From NCBI GenBank assembly GCA_963693365.1, contig CAVNZM010000013.1, positions 6,710,713-6,774,712 on the forward strand: a DNA stretch of 64,000 nucleotides. Direction: 5' to 3'. The notes under the pieces were generated by a model, which worked only from the letters and a program-made list of their open reading frames with translations, had not been told where the DNA came from and searched no databases. Origin of the DNA: Amoebidium appalachense. Its lineage: Eukaryota; Protista; Ichthyosporea. Within the stretch, counting starts at the first letter, position 1, and each line of letters starts with the position of its first letter. Shown here in pieces: positions 32,218 to 59,720 of this stretch. A program made the translations under genes and the position numbers.

Positions 32218-34433
32218 GGAGGGTTAGGACGTGTGATAAGGTAGAAAGCACGGACACAATGGCGACAACACAAACACAACACATTTGTTGTGTGTAATAA
32301 AAAAGGAAAAAATAAAATAGGCATACACAAAGAGTATGCATCGAGAGCACATAAGTGAGAATGCATCGTCAGTGGAAACCATTTCTTTCTTTCTTTCTTT
32401 AACCATACACAGAAAAAAACAAAGAAAGCTTATTATACATGATGACATGGTAAGGAAGGAAAGCGAGGAGATACAAACAAATAACCCCCCCCCCCCCCCC
32501 CCAAAAAAAAAAAAAAAACCTCAATGGCAGAACCTAGAACCAGCCGCCACTTCCTGCATCCCCCCCTCGCCACCAAAACAAAATTTCCCTAACCCCATCC
32601 CCCCCCCTCCCCCCCCCCTCGCCACCAAAATCCCATCCCCTTAACCTCCACCCATCCCCCACCCCCACGCACCTGAGCCTCTTCCCAGTGGTGTGGAACT
32701 TTCTCACATGTTCCGCCAGCTCCCCCTCCTCCCTGAACGCCGCCCCGCACTTTGCGTTTGTGCACCTGTAGGGGTGGCCCTCATCCGGCTCATGAGTCAG
32801 TTGGTGTTCGTGCAGTTGTTTGATCTTGAGGAATCCCATGTTGCAGCCCTCGTACGAGCACTTGAACGGCCCGTTGGTGTTGGACGTGGTTGTGGTGTCG
32901 GGGCCAGCCACCGGGGGGCTGCTGCCAGCCGCCTCGCCGTCTGACCCGTCTTCCTCCACCCTGTGTGTGTGTGTGTGTCGAAGGTTGGAAGAGGGGGGGG
33001 GGGGGGGGGGGGGGGTAGTGTGTGAAATACGGTACGAAGTACAACTACGCGATGAGAAACACTGCAGAACACATGCAAATGCAAACATTCAAGTATGCAA
33101 CATCAGCAGAGCCCATTCTCAGGAGCAGAGCCCATTCTCAGGGGAAGGATTTGGTGATGGTGGTGGTGGTGGTGTGTGTGTGTGTGTGTGTTTGGAGGGG
33201 GGTGGGGAGGGGGGGGGGGGATGGATGTAGCACGCTGACTAAAGTGTAAACGGGACCGTGATGAAGGCATGCAACACAAGCACTGGGCCATACCCCCCCC
33301 CCCCTCCCCCCCCCCCCGTGACACCAAGACCCATGCAACTGACTGGGTGGAGGATTCGTACAAATGAAGGATAGCATTCAGGAAAACAAAAGGCATACAC
33401 ACAAAAACACTGTACGTGACATCTGGGGAAGCAGGTGTTCGCAGGTGTGTTTGGGGGGGGGGGGGGTTGAACATACTGATCATCCTCCGAATGTGTGCGC
33501 AGGTGCAAGTCTAGAGCCCTCTTGCTGAAAAACGACCTCTCACACCCGCTGTGGGTGCACTTGTGGTGCCGCGTCCCCTCGGCCAGCCTTGATGCCTCCG
33601 ACGTATGCAACTTCTTGTGGGTGGTCAGGGATGCATGGAGAGTAAACGACTGTCTGCAACCCGGGTAGTCGCACTCGTAGCGCTTTCGCGGGCCGGGTCG
33701 ACCCACCACGTTACCCTGAATCGCCGCGGACTTGGGCGGGCGACCCACGGGCCGGCCTGTCGACGTGGCAGCCCGCTTTCGCCCGGCCCGGGTACGAGGG
33801 GTGTTCCTAGGAACTGCCTCGGGTTGGGACTGGTCGTCTTGGTCCATGTTTTCATCCTCGTTTCCTCCATCCTCGTTCTCCTCCGTCTCCATGGCGGCCA
33901 GCCCGTCGTCCCCGGCATCCTCGTTGTTGTCACCGCCCTCGAAGCTGTTGGCCTCATCCTCGGTCCTGTCCTTGTCCCCACCCAATGCAGCCTGCTGGGA
34001 CCTCTCGAGCTCCCTCTGTTGTTTCTCCAACATCTCCTGCTGTCTCTGTTGCTGCCTCAGTTTCAGCTTGGCCAGGAACGAGTTGCCGTCCCCTCCCTCA
34101 TTTCCCCCGGAGAGGGTGTCAGGGGGTCTGGCCTTTGTCTTGATGGGCTGGTAGTACTTGGGGATGGGGGGCATGTTTGCGGCCTCTGCAGAGGCATTGA
34201 GCCCGGGCAGGGACCGAACGGGCCCGTCTGTGTCGCTGTCCTCTGACCCGCTCGTGTTCTTGTCTCCCTTCCACGTGCGGATCCTGTGTGTGGTGGTGGT
34301 GGTGGTGGGTGGGTGGGTGGGGGGGGGGGGGGGGGGGGGAGTAGCATGTGTTAGACAGTACCAAGTAGATATGAAGAAGGACAACACATTACATATTTTG
34401 CCGAGCACGACACAAGAGTCATGCATCAAAGTA

Positions 34434-34464
<31 letters not shown>

Positions 34465-34874
34465 TCACCACAAAGACAAAATACAAACTGCTGAAAGTGC
34501 CACATCAGTCAAGCCTCAAAGGAAATAAGAAAACACACATTGCATCAAAACATAACGCAGTATAACTAGAATGTACGGTTAGGTCATGCATTTATTTAGG
34601 CCGAAGGGGTGAAGGCTCGCAGTGGGGACAATTAACCGACACCAAAAATACCATAAAGTATATTGGAAGCACAAATAGCCCAAATTATCCATAGCCGGCT
34701 AAATACACGCTACACACAAATAATGCCCCATCATCACGTTCCAGCACACCCAGACAGGTACGCAATCTTGACTGGCGCCACACTGCACACACGGGGGAAC
34801 CAGTGTCTCACATGTGCGCACACATACAGGAGCGACATGGAGAGAGAGAGGGAGGGGAGATAGGTATTCAGAAA

Positions 34875-34914
<40 letters not shown>

Positions 34915-36756
34915 AAGAGAGAAAGAACACTCACTTGTGCGCCGTCTGCTGATGCTTCGACAATGCGTAGCGGAACTTGAAGCTCTCGGTACACCCGGGG
35001 TGCGTGCACTTGTGCGGCCTATCCCCCGTGTGTGTACGCTGGTGAGCAAGAAGGTGAATCTCCTTGGAAAAAGCAGCCCAGCAGCCCTTTTCCTGGCAGC
35101 GGAACGGGCGTTCTCCAGTGTGGGACTTGAGGTGTTCAACCAGAGCATTGGCGGTGGCGAATGCGGCCTCACAGTCGTTCTTGGGGCACTTGTGTGCGCG
35201 CATGCCGCAGTTCTCCATGTGTGCCAGAAGCTCTGCACGTCGTATGGTGTGTGTTTGTGTGTGTGTGTGTTGAAGTGGGAGGGAGAGGGGGGGGGGGGGG
35301 GGGGGAAAGGTTAGCACGTGGTGATCTCCCTTCAGATTTTGAACAAGTACAAAGGTTGGAGCAAAGAAAAAACATGTGCAACTCGGTGAAGAGGATGGCC
35401 AAATCCATGCCAGTGCGAGGAATCAGCCAAGCATACTGCATTGCTAGGAAGGCTCAAATACCTAAACCGAGCAGACAGCCATAATATATGGCCCAAGAAA
35501 CACCTGAATCAACTACAAGGACAACCAAGAGGTTCCGCACAAAAAAATCCAAACAGAAAGAATACGATCCACATGAAGCCCTAGCACGTGTGTGCAAACA
35601 AAAATACAACAAAGAACAGCAAAATTCCTACCTTTTTATTGTTTTATAATGCTGTATACGATATTAACAAATATAGCAAAATCGATAAGAAAGGGCAGAA
35701 GAGATGTATGGGAGAGGGAGACAGGATACAGCACACACAAGTAGCAACGGGTACAAACACAACTCGTGTCCGTGTTTTGAAAAGAAGTGGCACAAGCAAG
35801 GAAAAACAACAACCAGCACAGATCTCCTAGCGTGGATTAAAGATCACGAACCTTCTGGCGTGCGGAATGCCTGACCACAACTCTTCTGCTGACAGGCATA
35901 CACCGGCCCACCCTGCCCGTGCTTGGTCATGTGCTGTTTAAGCGCCTCATCAGTGAGAAACGAGGCAGAACAGCCCTCAAAGGTGCAGCGGAAAACCGCG
36001 TCATCGTGCATGCGCTTGTGGTTGCTCAGCGCAAACTTGGACGGGCACACAACCAAGCAACCAGGGAATGGGCAGGCAAAGGTCTGTTTGCCGCGCTTGT
36101 CATCACCTGCTTTGCCTCCCGTCTTTTTAGGAGACCCACCAACCTTGTCCTTGCCTGCTTGTTTCTGTGCCTCCTTTGTGAGCTCCTTCACGTTGAGGCT
36201 CTTCGGTGCTGCAGTCACCGCCGCACCAAAATCCTGCGAAAAAGCCGCCGCTGAGGGAAGCTGGCTTGCCTGGGTGCCTAGTCCGGCCATCTGCCGTGCC
36301 GCTGTTGTACCGAGCTGGGGCATGGACACGGCCGAACTGGTCAAGTTGTGTTGTGTAGTTGCCGCTTGGATGAAAGACGCACCCCCGGGGGATGTAACTC
36401 GAGTAGTCGTTGGTGGTGTAGTCGTGCAAGTGGCGCTGGAGAGGGGGAATGCTCTGCATGTCCTGCTGAACATGACCATAACGCTGCTGGGCAAACGCTG
36501 GACGGTCATCGTACGTTTGGGTGAAGTCTGTGCGGCCAAAGGATGAAGCTTGGTGGCTTCTGCTCAAAGAGCTTCCATATCCCGTTTGGTAGGCATTTTG
36601 GGAGGAAGCAGCCGTGGGTTGTGTGGCGCCAGGCATAAAAAGCCCTACGTAGTCCATGGGATTGGAAAAGAGGTTGTGTTGTTGTTGGTTGGTGGCAGGT
36701 GCCCGTTGCTGGTAATAGTGGTGGGGCACCCCACCAAGGTTGCGTTGGTTATTCAT
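31724..36756 (-). CDS. Host multi-exon C2H2 zinc-finger transcription factor
   Basis: Exons at about 35852-36756, 34935-35232, 33477-34283, 32672-32960 and 31724-32141 with compatible phases. Many CxxxGC..H fingers. One frameshift in exon 1 (about 36340-36400), probably an assembly indel. Confidence 0.82.
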
Positions 36757-37712
36757 ATTGGCGTTTTATGGGCGCAAAAACCGCGCCCGAAAGAACAACT
36801 GAAAGGATAGTTGGGCGTTGTATTATTAGAAAACTAGTTTTTTTGTAAACCTTGCATGAAACGGAAGAAGTGCACAGTCAAGTGTTGTCAAGAGATGTCA
36901 ACAAAAGGAAAGAAAGGGAAAGGACGAAAAAAAGGTCAGCTACACAACCACGCCCTTCACAAGAAAATGCGTCTAGTTTCTTCACCGCACAAGAGCATTA
37001 GCGAGAAGAAATGTTGTGAGAAAGATGTAAACAGCCTGCGGTGACCTCGGGAAAAGCCGTGCTATCACAACGGTCAACGAAAGTGGGGTCTGTGTGTTTT
37101 GGGCAGAAAACAAAAAGGTGAGGGTGGGCATACGTCCAACGGACATTGGGGATCCATCACCCAATGATACGAAATTGCAGCCACTCAAAATGTTTTTCTT
37201 ATTTTTAACTGTACATAAATTAATGAATGGTTTACTGCGTACTGTTGGTCGGATCTAAAGTTTAACGACGCTATCTGAGTAGTACATTAGATTGATCTCT
37301 AGTTTTGCAAATTCGAAATTCAGGGGGGCTTCCGGTGACGTAATTCGGGAAAACCGTTGCGTGGAAGCGAAACCGTGGATTTGAGCCGAAAAAACGTAAT
37401 TTTTGGCTGGCCGCAAATGTTTTCCCGTCTGATTTCCGATTGGGGGGGCGGTTGGCGCCAAAAACAAACTAATATGAGTCTGTCGACAGCAAGCGGAAGC
37501 TCAGAAACAGAGCGAGAGCCTCAGGCGCGAGAGGGAGTGCGTGTGTGTGAGTAATGAGGGCGAGAGGGAGAGGGAGAGAAAGAGAGGGAGAGAGAGAGAG
37601 AGAGAGAGGAGAGAGGGAGAGAGGGAGAGGAAGGGAGGGAGGGAGAGGGGCCGCGGGGGGGAGAGCGGGGGAGAGTGTGTGTGAGAGAGTAAGTGTGAGT
37701 GAGTGAGTGGGG

Positions 37713-37744
<32 letters not shown>

Positions 37745-37784
37745 AGAGAGGAAGAGAGAGAAGAGAGGGAGGGGGGGGGGGGGG

Positions 37785-37870
<86 letters not shown>

Positions 37871-39313
37871 CTGAGAGAGAGAGAGCGAGAGAGAGAGAGT
37901 CTCGAAAGAAAAAGAATAAATTGAGAAGAGCTACGGGGAGGCGTGTGAGCAGGATGGGATTAACAAATATCCATGTTCATAAATGCTCTCTTTGACTTGA
38001 AAACTTTGTGACTATATATCAAGGCTGATGATAAAGTTGGCATACATGGACGCCTGACTCTGAGCGAAAGGTTGAAAAACATGACATACAAAAGAGTAAG
38101 AAAACAGTAAAATGGCGATAGATTAATAAAAAGACATCGCAAAAAGAGGAATTGGCTGGGGGCCCCAGGACATGGGGAAATAGGGACATATGGCATCTTG
38201 TCGTTAATTCACGAGACTGGAAGGGGGGGGGGGGGGGGATCATCGTTAGAACAAAGGGATTTGAGCAACCGGGAGGAGTAAAGTGCTGGGGCAACGGGAT
38301 AGGGGGGGGGGGAGGGGGGGGGGGGAGGGGATTTGAAAAAGAGCCCATATGCCCGAGGACAAAAAGCGAGGGGAAATCAGGAATAGTAAACTGAAAATAG
38401 TCTATAGAAGGGGAGAAGTCACGGTGCGCTATTTTACTAGAATTGGAGGACATGTGCCTACCTACGGTTGTCACAATATATTTGCTTCATTTGATGTCGT
38501 GATAAGAGTTTAACGGGCCAAAATGCTGTTTCCTTTCTGAGACTCTGTCTAGATTGGCCTCTCTGTCCTTATGTGTGCCGGTCTGTGTGTATTCACAACC
38601 CTTTGGGCGGGTAGAACGACTGCATGTGGGTTTCGTAGAACGACTGCATGTGGGTTTCGCCTGCAGTGCTTGGTGTTTCCCCGAGGGGGGAGGGGGGAGG
38701 GGGGGACTATTAACAGGTGAAAGGACGGTTAACGTAGGTCTCGTTATTATATGAATGGTTTAAGGGGCCCATAAATGGGTGTGCACAGCAGGCCCAGTGA
38801 AAATCTTCCCCCCCCCCCTCCCCCCCCCCCAAAAAAAAAAAAAAAGAAAAAGAAAAAGAAAGAAAAAAAGAAGAAAAAAAAGAAGAATAATTGGCATCGG
38901 ATGCAGCCTGCCTGATACTAATATAGTGATTGGATAGGCGACCCGGCTACGTGTGTGTTGAATAAATGAGTCATAATACCGTGATGATGCATAACGCAAT
39001 TGCAGTTGATTGCGTTGCCGGCGCCATATCACACATACAGTAGGTACATACACACGCACAGAGGCCGTGAGTGTTCGTACGCGTGCAGTGAGTGTTCGTA
39101 CGCGTGCAGCTGCAGAGGATTCTGCATTTTGGGGAATTTTGGGGTGCACTGCTTAATTCAATAAAGGGGAAGGCTTGGGCCATGCTATCCCGAGGGTGAA
39201 TTGAGGGGAGAGCTCGAGAGGGTTGGGGTGAAGGGGGAGGGGGGGGGGATGTAGTCGGCTGCAAGTTGGTGTGAAAGATGGTCTGCTATGTGTATGTGGT
39301 AATAAATGTGCGG

Positions 39314-39369
<56 letters not shown>

Positions 39370-39576
39370 CGTCTGTGCCTGTGTCTGTGTCTATGCTGTG
39401 CCTGTGTCTGTGTGCCTGCGTGTGCATGTGTGTGTGCGTGTTTCTCTTTTTTCTCTACTTTCGTTTGCTGTTCTTTTTTCTTCTTCTTTTCTCTTCTTTT
39501 TTTCCTGCCTTTTTTTATTTCTTCTTTTTTTTTTTTTTCTTTCTTTCTTTTTTTTTGGGGGGGGGGGGGGGGGGGG

Positions 39577-39626
<50 letters not shown>

Positions 39627-39681
39627 GCAGTGTGTCAAACTCGGTGTTTCCTTCGAAATAAGGGTGAACCGTGACCTCCCC

Positions 39682-39719
<38 letters not shown>

Positions 39720-39751
39720 ACCCCCCCACCCACCACCCACACACACACACA

Positions 39752-39804
<53 letters not shown>

Positions 39805-40058
39805 ACACACAAACACACAAACAAACACACACACATGACACGAAGAAAAAGGAAAGAAGGAAAGAGAAAAAGCTAGAAAAAATCCGTTCTAAGTAAAGGA
39901 AAACGAGAAGGAAGAACAAGGTAAAACAGAAAACATACAGACAAGTGCGCATGCACCCACACAGGGACACAGCGGCAAAGCCACTGGGTGACCACCACAA
40001 CCACCACTTACTTGGGGGGGGGGGGGGGGGAGGGGGGGGGGGAAGGGGGGGAGGGGGG

Positions 40059-40098
<40 letters not shown>

Positions 40099-40777
40099 GG
40101 CTGCTACATCTGCTACATAAGGCATAGGTACATCAAGGGAGGCCAATAATTCCCCCCTCGAGCTTCCTCTCCCCCCTATCCCCCCTTCCCCTCCCTCGCC
40201 TTCCCTTCTCCCCCCCCCCCTCCCCCCCCCTCCCCTCCCCCCCCCCCACACACACACACACACACTTAACACATAAGAAAAAGTCCGGGATCATGATACA
40301 AAAAGACTGCGTCATATGGAGTCAGTGCTTCTGCTTCGTTGTGATCCAAAGTGCATATATGTACATACCCGTAAATCCTGACCCGTATCTCGATAAGTGG
40401 CCCATTGCACTATGTTAGGTTGAATTTAGAATTTATAGAGTACTATAGCTACTCGGAGTTGTTGCAGCTCGTTGACACGCCACATCAATGAGACCCAGTG
40501 GAATGGTTGTGAGTTCGGTAGATCTTCAACTGGGTCACGTGGGGGTTGTGTTTTGTGAACTTTGCGCGCGTGTGTGTTCATGTGCGTGTGTGCGCGTGTG
40601 TGTGTATGTGTCTGTGTCTGTCTGTGTGTGTGTGTGTGTGTGTGACGGTATGTGTGTGTCAGTCAGTGGGCGTGTGGGAGTATACTTGTGTGTGTGAGCA
40701 CGTGTGCAGGTGTGTGTGTGTGTGTGTGTGACGTGTGCGTGTGTCTGTGTGTGTGTGTGCGTGTGTGTATGATGTGT

Positions 40778-40808
<31 letters not shown>

Positions 40809-40933
40809 GGGGAGGATCATGTGTGTCCGTGTACATGTGCCACGTGGGGGGGGGGGGAGGGGGGGAAGGCGGGGAGGAGGGTTTACTAGCGGGACTAACC
40901 GATACTCTGAGTTGAGTAGCCTAAATTGCATTG

Positions 40934-40970
<37 letters not shown>

Positions 40971-41337
40971 CTCCCCCATGCACCACCGTTTCCACATTGA
41001 AATACACAATAACACTTCGAATATGTACGTGTACACGCACACGCACACAGAAATGCACATGTGCTCAACACAGGTGAGCACACACACACATATGCATGTG
41101 CGTGACATCCACGGGTTGTTAGTGAACTAAAAGTTACACTACTGGCCATGGCCACACACGCATGCACATACACAGGCAAACACATTGCACACATGGCACA
41201 CAGGTGTACAGACAAACACCACACACGCGCGGGTACGCTTGTGCGCACGAACACACACAGGTGCGTACACACAGGTTCGGCCACACATATTACGAAGAAG
41301 GGGGATCCGGGGGGGGGAGGAGGAAGGGAAGGGGGCT

Positions 41338-41375
<38 letters not shown>

Positions 41376-42135
41376 GGGGGGACCGAAGAATGCACACATA
41401 TGAATGGTGGAATGGCGAAGAAGAAAGGAAGAAAAATGGAAAGTAAACACAAAAAGAAAAACAAAGCAAAATAATATACCACAGAACAACTACACAGAAA
41501 TAAAAACACACAAAAAAAGTAGGAATATCATTGAGTGCAGACCCCAATAGAAACGTGCGGGAATGGAACACTGGAACAGATGTAAAGTCCGTTATCTGTG
41601 GGCAGGGGTTTTTTATTTCTCCATAAAACCCGCGTTTCAAACATCAAAACCCGAATTTTCTATCATAGCACGTACTTGAATAGGCATCACATGGTGAGAC
41701 TGAGATGGGTGTTGATAGCAGGCCATAAATGCTAAACTCGACAGGTGAGATTTACATCATTATGTAAAACCTAGTGCCGAATATAAAACTTCATAATTTA
41801 CAATCGGCAACATGGGTGCCTAATACGACATTGTCAAAATGGGAGCTTAGGTGTAATGAGTCAGGAGCCTAGTAAATAAGATTGTTATAAAGCATGTACA
41901 GAAGCACGGGTTATACGCTCTTAGCCGAAATATTCTATAGCTACGATAACAGTAACAACAGAAACGTATCCCAACCGCTTTAGCAATCAGGTTCCGCAGG
42001 GCTGATATTGGTATATGCACCTAACATATACATATTTGGTTAGTAAAACCTACGCAGGGTAAAATTCTTGACGGTTGGGCATTCAACCTCAAACGACATG
42101 TCACAACCATCCAAAAATGGAAACAGTTTCTATAT

Positions 42136-52243
<10,108 letters not shown>

Positions 52244-54766
52244 CTTGCTGAGTTCAGTGGGAGAAACAAAAGAATCGTCGAAGGGACAAAACAGAACTGT
52301 GTTCTGTGCGTGTTGTGTTTGTCGTGCCCGGCACAGCATGCGCCTAATATCATGACTTGCATGGAGGAGGGCAGAAAAAACATATTGTTTGGAGCACCCA
52401 AAAGGAATTTTTATGAGGAGATTTTCCTCCTATTTTCACCAATTATTTCACTTTTTTCCATCGTTTCTTTGACAAGAAACATTTACAGCAATTATGCATT
52501 ATCTACCTTTTGTATGTAGTAAATCAAAACTTCTTATATGCAGCCCCTGTACTATAGGTGATATGTCAGGGAACCTTTGCCCCCGTTCCAAAAAGCGCGG
52601 GAAATTATACAGCCCAATATGATTGGTAGCATTCCACATGAGTCCATTTGCTGTGAGCCTGTGGCCACTGACCAGCTGGATGATCGCTCCTGAACTTCTC
52701 CTTCCACCATATTTTTGGCTCCCAATGTGTAGGTCTTGGTTCAAACGTAAGCTTACGCGTAGCCTACGCCCATCACTATCAAGCGGCACGACTGCGGTGC
52801 CCTTCCCTCTTGTTCAATAAACAAACAGACTACCACCATGACTGAAACAAGTATTAGGGTACAATAAGGAAATGGTACAGGTCACGATGTTTCGCCCCTT
52901 AGGCTACACAGCGGAACCTGAGTATACAGCATATCCAGCTAGACCCCAAAAGGCGCAAGAATCGCACTGTACTGACTGAAGAACAAATGGCAAAATTCTG
53001 TGCAGGCCGCAATAAACCTTAACAAGCGCACAGATATACAATTCCTCAGGCACATAAACATGCACTTGCGCACCCATCTACGTATATATACCTACAGATA
53101 TATTGAATACACCCGAACGGTAAGTAGCTACACGGACACATTTCGTGAAACTTAGGGCTAGGCACGCACATGTAGGCACGCACGTCCGCACACACCTGCA
53201 AAAACAACACACAAACATTTGCTCCCTTGCACGCGCACGGGTCCGCTCTATACCGCTCACACACACAGACACGCACACGCACACGCACAGTTCACGCTCT
53301 CATTGAACTGCAATCTTCATACACTACTCATAAACACGTGTTCAAACAACATTAAAACAACAATACTAACACGGCCGTGTGAACACACGCATGTCCACAC
53401 GTGCACACACACAGCGGCGCACGCGTGTATTTACAAACCAGTGCTTCGTAGATGAACACAATAACACATATGGCCACACATTCACGCGATTAGGTACAAT
53501 TGTAGCCACATCATGTGCCCAGATACATCTGGAAAATGAACATATTGGGTGGCTTGTCAGCGCACTACATGGTGCGCTCATCATAGTATGCCACGCACCG
53601 TGCGAAAAAGGCCACGAGTTATGTCTGCTTCTGGTTCCCTAGACACGTGTACACGTGACACACTTCGGCAGTGTTTGCGTTTGAGCTTGCGCTGTGTGGG
53701 GGAAGTTGTGGGGGCGACAGCATACTGCAGACGGGAGAAGGCAAGGGGGAAGGAGAGAAAAACAAAGAGGGAGGCAGAGTGAACATACTACCGAGGGTTA
53801 CACGAAAGTTATGCATCACCTAAAAACAAGCTCGAGGGGTTTAAAACAACAAATGCAGGGGTGATGGAAGTGGTGCAGGATGTGGAGCAAACGTTCATTA
53901 TACTTCATCGGGCCGACGGGAGTATAACTCCAAATGGGGACGTACGCATCTGAGAAGACATGCCTGTTCAGATATGCTCACAGAGTCCTATTGTACGTGT
54001 GTGTGGTGGCCATGCATGGCTGGTGGTGGTGGCAAGTTGTAAAATAAGGTCCTAATAGCCGATTGGCTGACGCGGCATCAACAGTGATTCAACACGGGCT
54101 CGATGAGCGAGATCTGCTGTTCTAATTGGTGCATGGCATGAGGCGTGCAGGATGCTGATATTGCAGGTGTATTATGCATTCTTTGTGACTTGTCCGTTAT
54201 AATGTAAATTTCTAAGAATATATATGGAACAATTACAAACCTGACAATAGAGCAGAAATTACTTATTTCTTTAAAAAAATGTAACGATAGCACACAAATC
54301 AAGAGCGCTTTTGTGATCTTTTAATTGATAAGATGATCTCTTTTTGCTCGAACCCACGGCACGCTATCTTCGCTCGATGACTATTGGCCATGACTTTAAA
54401 CCAAATGCACATGATTGGATAACATAATTTCTCCTCCCGGTTTTAGCACAATAAAAACTAACCTGCATAAATCCATATCAGGTATGTTAAAACTGTATTA
54501 AATTGCTTATATCGAATCAATTCGCTTTACTGTTAGATTTAATCATGAATCAAGTTTTTATTATCACGCATTATAATAGTAGCTCGAGTGAGACCGTTTA
54601 ACGGACCTGTGGCGTATCAACTTGAAAAAAGCCCACGGGTTCACTCTCTCCGTGCACTTCGCACTCAGGCCTGCCACTCTTGTCACGATATATATTTCTT
54701 TTGAGGCTCACGACTTATAAGTTTTATCCGTTTCTTTGGTCGTTTGTTCTGTGTAGGGCAGGAAAA

Positions 54767-58788
<4,022 letters not shown>

Positions 58789-59116
58789 TCGGGAGTTTTT
58801 TGTTGGTTCGTGCGGCATTGCGGTATGAACGGAAATTTCCATCCTTCTGTATTTCTACATGTATACACGTGTCGATATAACGAGTATGTGTACATGATTG
58901 TTCTGGCAACATAGACGGACTTTGTAAGTCCAATAGCTTTTGCAAGTCGAATATCATGTACATTATTTTGTGTGCTGTAGGAATGTAGTCAACCGAAGAA
59001 CAAAGTTATTTTGTGTGCTGTAGGAATGTAGTCAACCGAAGAACAAAGTAGGCACATATTTTAGTTCTATATATCACTTCACTATCAAAATGTTTGTTCT
59101 TTTTGGTGGTGGTGGT

Positions 59117-59149
<33 letters not shown>

Positions 59150-59720
59150 AAATGTATCACGCGGTGGTCACGGTTACGTGCGACTAATGTGACCTATATA
59201 GCTAGCTATAGGAAGTAGTAATAGATTAAAGATATCCATCTATAAGACTGCACATGAATCACTGAATACCTACTAGGCAGTCTTGCAAATTGTGCGAAAC
59301 ACCAGCGCTGAATAAACAGCAACGAGTATAATTTATAATTGTGAAACTTTGCCCTACGCGTATCTCGTCACACCTCCCCACCATGCGTGTAGATACTATA
59401 CGGACGTGTGTGTGCGTGTGCCCGTGCATGGGGCCATGAATGCCTGTCCTACGATGCATATATATGGCCGACGTCTCTGGGCCCTTACTACAGTACTGGT
59501 GAATATGGTAACACATAATAACATAGACACGAGTACTGACAGATATAGATACGCACACACGCGCACACGCACATGACGCCATGCACACACGCATGCGCAC
59601 GAGGAAGGGGAAGAAAAAACACGTGCCACACCCGAAGTTGCCCAGGGCATCCTCACGGCACCCCGGCGGCCAGCAGGTGCCCCATGGTTTAGCCAATCAA
59701 AGCAAAGGAAAGTCATGCAT

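Noticed and set aside
36330-36410. Frameshift in the first exon of the host ZF gene as recoding
   Set aside because: It lies near C5/G5 runs and similar indels occur elsewhere in this assembly, so it is likely an artefact.
58963-59048. 43 bp tandem duplication downstream of UAP1
   Set aside because: A simple local duplication with no evident functional signal.
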